A stretch of 64,000 nucleotides of DNA from Euglena gracilis (lineage: Eukaryota), in NCBI GenBank assembly GCA_039621445.1, contig CP154954.1, positions 28,514,417 through 28,578,416 of the forward strand, in the 5' to 3' direction. The notes under the pieces were generated by a model. The model ran no database searches. It was given only the letters and a program-made list of their open reading frames with translations, and had not been told where the DNA came from. This document shows positions 61,509 through 64,000 of the stretch, piece after piece (position 1 is the stretch's first letter; each line of letters starts with the position of its first letter). Position numbers and translations under genes: made by a program.

Positions 61509-64000
61509 TTACAGACAATACGGCTGGTGTATGGTGTTGGTTACTTCTGGATCTGTGTCGTTGCCTGCATACCGTCCCCAGATTACTTGTCGTGCGATCT
61601 CTCGCGCAACAGTTATTGATAGAAGTTGCCATGTGTCGGTTTCAGTTTTGCGTTTTGACCATGCGTCTTGTTGACCGAGGAGAAGTTTCATCAGTGTTGA
61701 CATTAAGGTTAGCGCTTCTTGGCCTAGGCCGCCATAGCAGTCAACAACAAATGGAATGCAGGTCCATCCCATCCTCCCACAGGTGGCGTCATATTTTCAA
61801 TGTTTTCCCTTCTCTTGGCGTTCATACCATTCAGTTAGTTCAGCTGTGTCACGCAACGGTCTGTACGGTGCTGCTGTGTGTCTCACTGTGATATCCACTG
61901 CTCCAGGACCATTGGCGTCAAGTCTGCTGATGAGGACATCGCCCGGGCGTGTTCTCTCTGGACCTCCTTGTTCTTTTTTTGTTGTAAACCCAGCATCATG
62001 TGCCAGTTGGAACACAAAGTCCTGGATTGCACCATGTCGCCGCGTGATGCCATTTGAGCTGCAGCATACAAGGTGATTACCCAGGTTGTCCATTGGCTTG
62101 GTGCAGCGTGGGCACGTTGATCCCGTTGGTGGACAAACTGGTGCTCCCAGTGACCACTTTAGAAATCCTTGCGGCCCATGTTTGCGTTGGGGGAGTTCCT
62201 TCGAGGATGGAGTTGGCAGAGGACAGGCACTCAGCAGTGTCTTTCGGTACTCCTCGGTCTGCCAGGCCCAGGGTGCGTCTGCCATTGCTGACAAACGTCA
62301 CAATGCCGGATATACGTGCTGGGAGACGTTCCCGTGATGGGTCCCGAATTCCGAGTCCGCCATGACGCACGGGTAGGGTGGCCTGAGCCCATTGGTTGTC
62401 ATCGATTGGGGATCCAACAATGTTGCTCATTGTGTTCCTGATTTCTTTGGTCAACAGAGCACATGCGTCATTTGCCTGCCCCAGTTCTGTTGCACGCATG
62501 AGGTCATTAACTTTGCATGCATCTAGGCAGGTTCGTAAGAGGCAGAACTGAATATGGGCTTGCGGCAGGTTCAAAAGGGCCCGGCAAGTTCTGCACACCT
62601 GTTGCACGTTCAGCCCACACTTCCCCCGCAAAGCCTCCGCTTTGTGGATGGCATACCGGGATTCCCAGGGCCCGTATACCAGAATTAGGGGAGTAATTCA
62701 CGATTGGGACTGCACGAAGTGGGCTGTTTTGCGGCATTTCAGCACGATTGGCTTTTGTTGCTGCAGGGCCCCACGGGCGGCATTTTTTTGCGTTGAGGTG
62801 TATGCCTAGTAGCGTCCCCTGTCGTTGAATTTCTGTAATTGCTGCATGTAATTGTGGGAGGGTTCCCAGCATGTGTCCATCATCCAAATACCACAATTGC
62901 AGTGGCACCACGTCTTGCAAGGACTCGACGAGAGATTGCAACGCCAAGGCAAATCCGGCTGGGCCACAAGGGTCCCCTTGTTGTACGCCAGAGGCACTCC
63001 GAAGGTGTGATGACCCACAGAAGAGCGGGCTGTGTTCGGCGTAGCAACTCTCGAACCAAACGTACGCCTCCGGGCAACGTTTAGCCACTTCAGCAAGGAC
63101 TGTCTTTCTTTTTACGCAATTAAAAGCATTGCTGAAATCTACCTGTAACAAAGCCCAGGTGCTGTCTTGTTGCATGTGCAGGTGATTTACTTCTTGCTGC
63201 AGTCCCATAGCAATGAGTTCACATGCCCCCTGGACCCTTACACCGCATTGTAGTGGCTGCAGTTCTTTAAGGCGGTCCCTGATTTTGGGGTGCCTCATCA
63301 AATATTTGCCCACCAATCGGCGCAGGCATTCCCCAGCTGCAATTGGTCGCGTGCCGTCCTTCTTTGGGTCAGGAATGGGGTTGGTATTGCCAAGCTCAAG
63401 GTTTTCGCTTGGATTGCAGGGTTTTCGAAGAGGAGTCAAACGGGCACCAGCGAAAATCCATGCCGCAGAGTTGTGAATTCCGTTTGTCAAACATGTTCGG
63501 ACGAATTGGTCCAAAATTGTGAGGTGTTCTGATTGTGTCCCCAGGGGATCAGAGAGCATGTCTTTAAGATGATCTGGACGAAGTCCAGACGGTCCTGGTG
63601 AGGACTCCTTCGGGAAAGACATGACTGCTTTCCGTATTTCAATTAGGCGCTCCCTGGTTGCATCTTCACTGAGATCGAATTCGAGGCGAGGGAAGTCCGG
63701 AGGCAGATTTTGCCTTCCAGGTTGGGGTTCGGGAGGGTGCAAGGCAGCCAACCGTTCTAAGATTAGCGGTTCATCTGCATCTTGGATTCCATCAGAAGTC
63801 AGCATGCGGCAGGCTTTACTGACCGCCCCATGGCTGACCAGGCTTTGAACACGGTTGCACAATCTTTCTTGGCTTTCTGCATCGAAATTTTTTGTCTGAC
63901 TTCGTGTTCTCTTCTTTGGGTTTTGTGCATCGCGAATTTGGCGAGTCTCATCCCACGAATCTTCTGTGGACCGGTTGAGGTAGGCATTGGCTCTCTCAGT
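61509..64000 (-). mobile_element. CRE-clade non-LTR retrotransposon copy 2 (diverged subfamily, frameshifted, runs off the window)
   Basis: SSPGPSGLRPDHL, TRPIAAGECLRRL, LQVDFSNAFN, GVQQGDPCGP, WYLDDGH, LPVRHGGLG, CPRC..DNLGNHLVCC, RRHGAIQD, RPGDVLI; stop at 61509. Confidence 0.93.

Noticed and set aside
1-64000. rRNA, tRNA or spliced-leader RNA genes
   Set aside because: None recognised by eye; an Infernal/tRNAscan run would be needed to exclude them.

Overview
Repeat-dominated eukaryotic genomic DNA, most likely from a euglenid (Euglena-like). This is inferred from non-GT-AG introns with base-paired ends, a tripartite plastid-type presequence and CRE-clade retroelements. Long homopolymers suggest long-read errors, and almost all ORFs in the supplied track are spurious. 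Two split host genes can be rebuilt by hand on the minus strand. One is a signal-peptide GDSL/SGNH lipase (20212 to ~17100, 3' exons not found). The other is an FSH1/OVCA2-family serine hydrolase (core 31870-22428, probable start 36663) that mixes GT-AG introns with euglenid nonconventional introns. The rest is satellites, microsatellites, an RNase H-bearing LINE remnant, many MITEs, and a 47-64 kb cluster of three CRE-like non-LTR copies plus a gag-like remnant. One CRE copy carries four nested DNA-element insertions whose removal restores the frame at both insertion sites. Most notable: CAGGG...CCCTG MITEs here make 7- or 8-bp target-site duplications, and the nonconventional introns have exactly 7 or 8 nt in total outside their terminal CAG/CTG-type pairing. 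One MITE plus one TSD copy (56632-57853) therefore already reads as a frame-restoring nonconventional intron, a candidate intron-generating transposon system.
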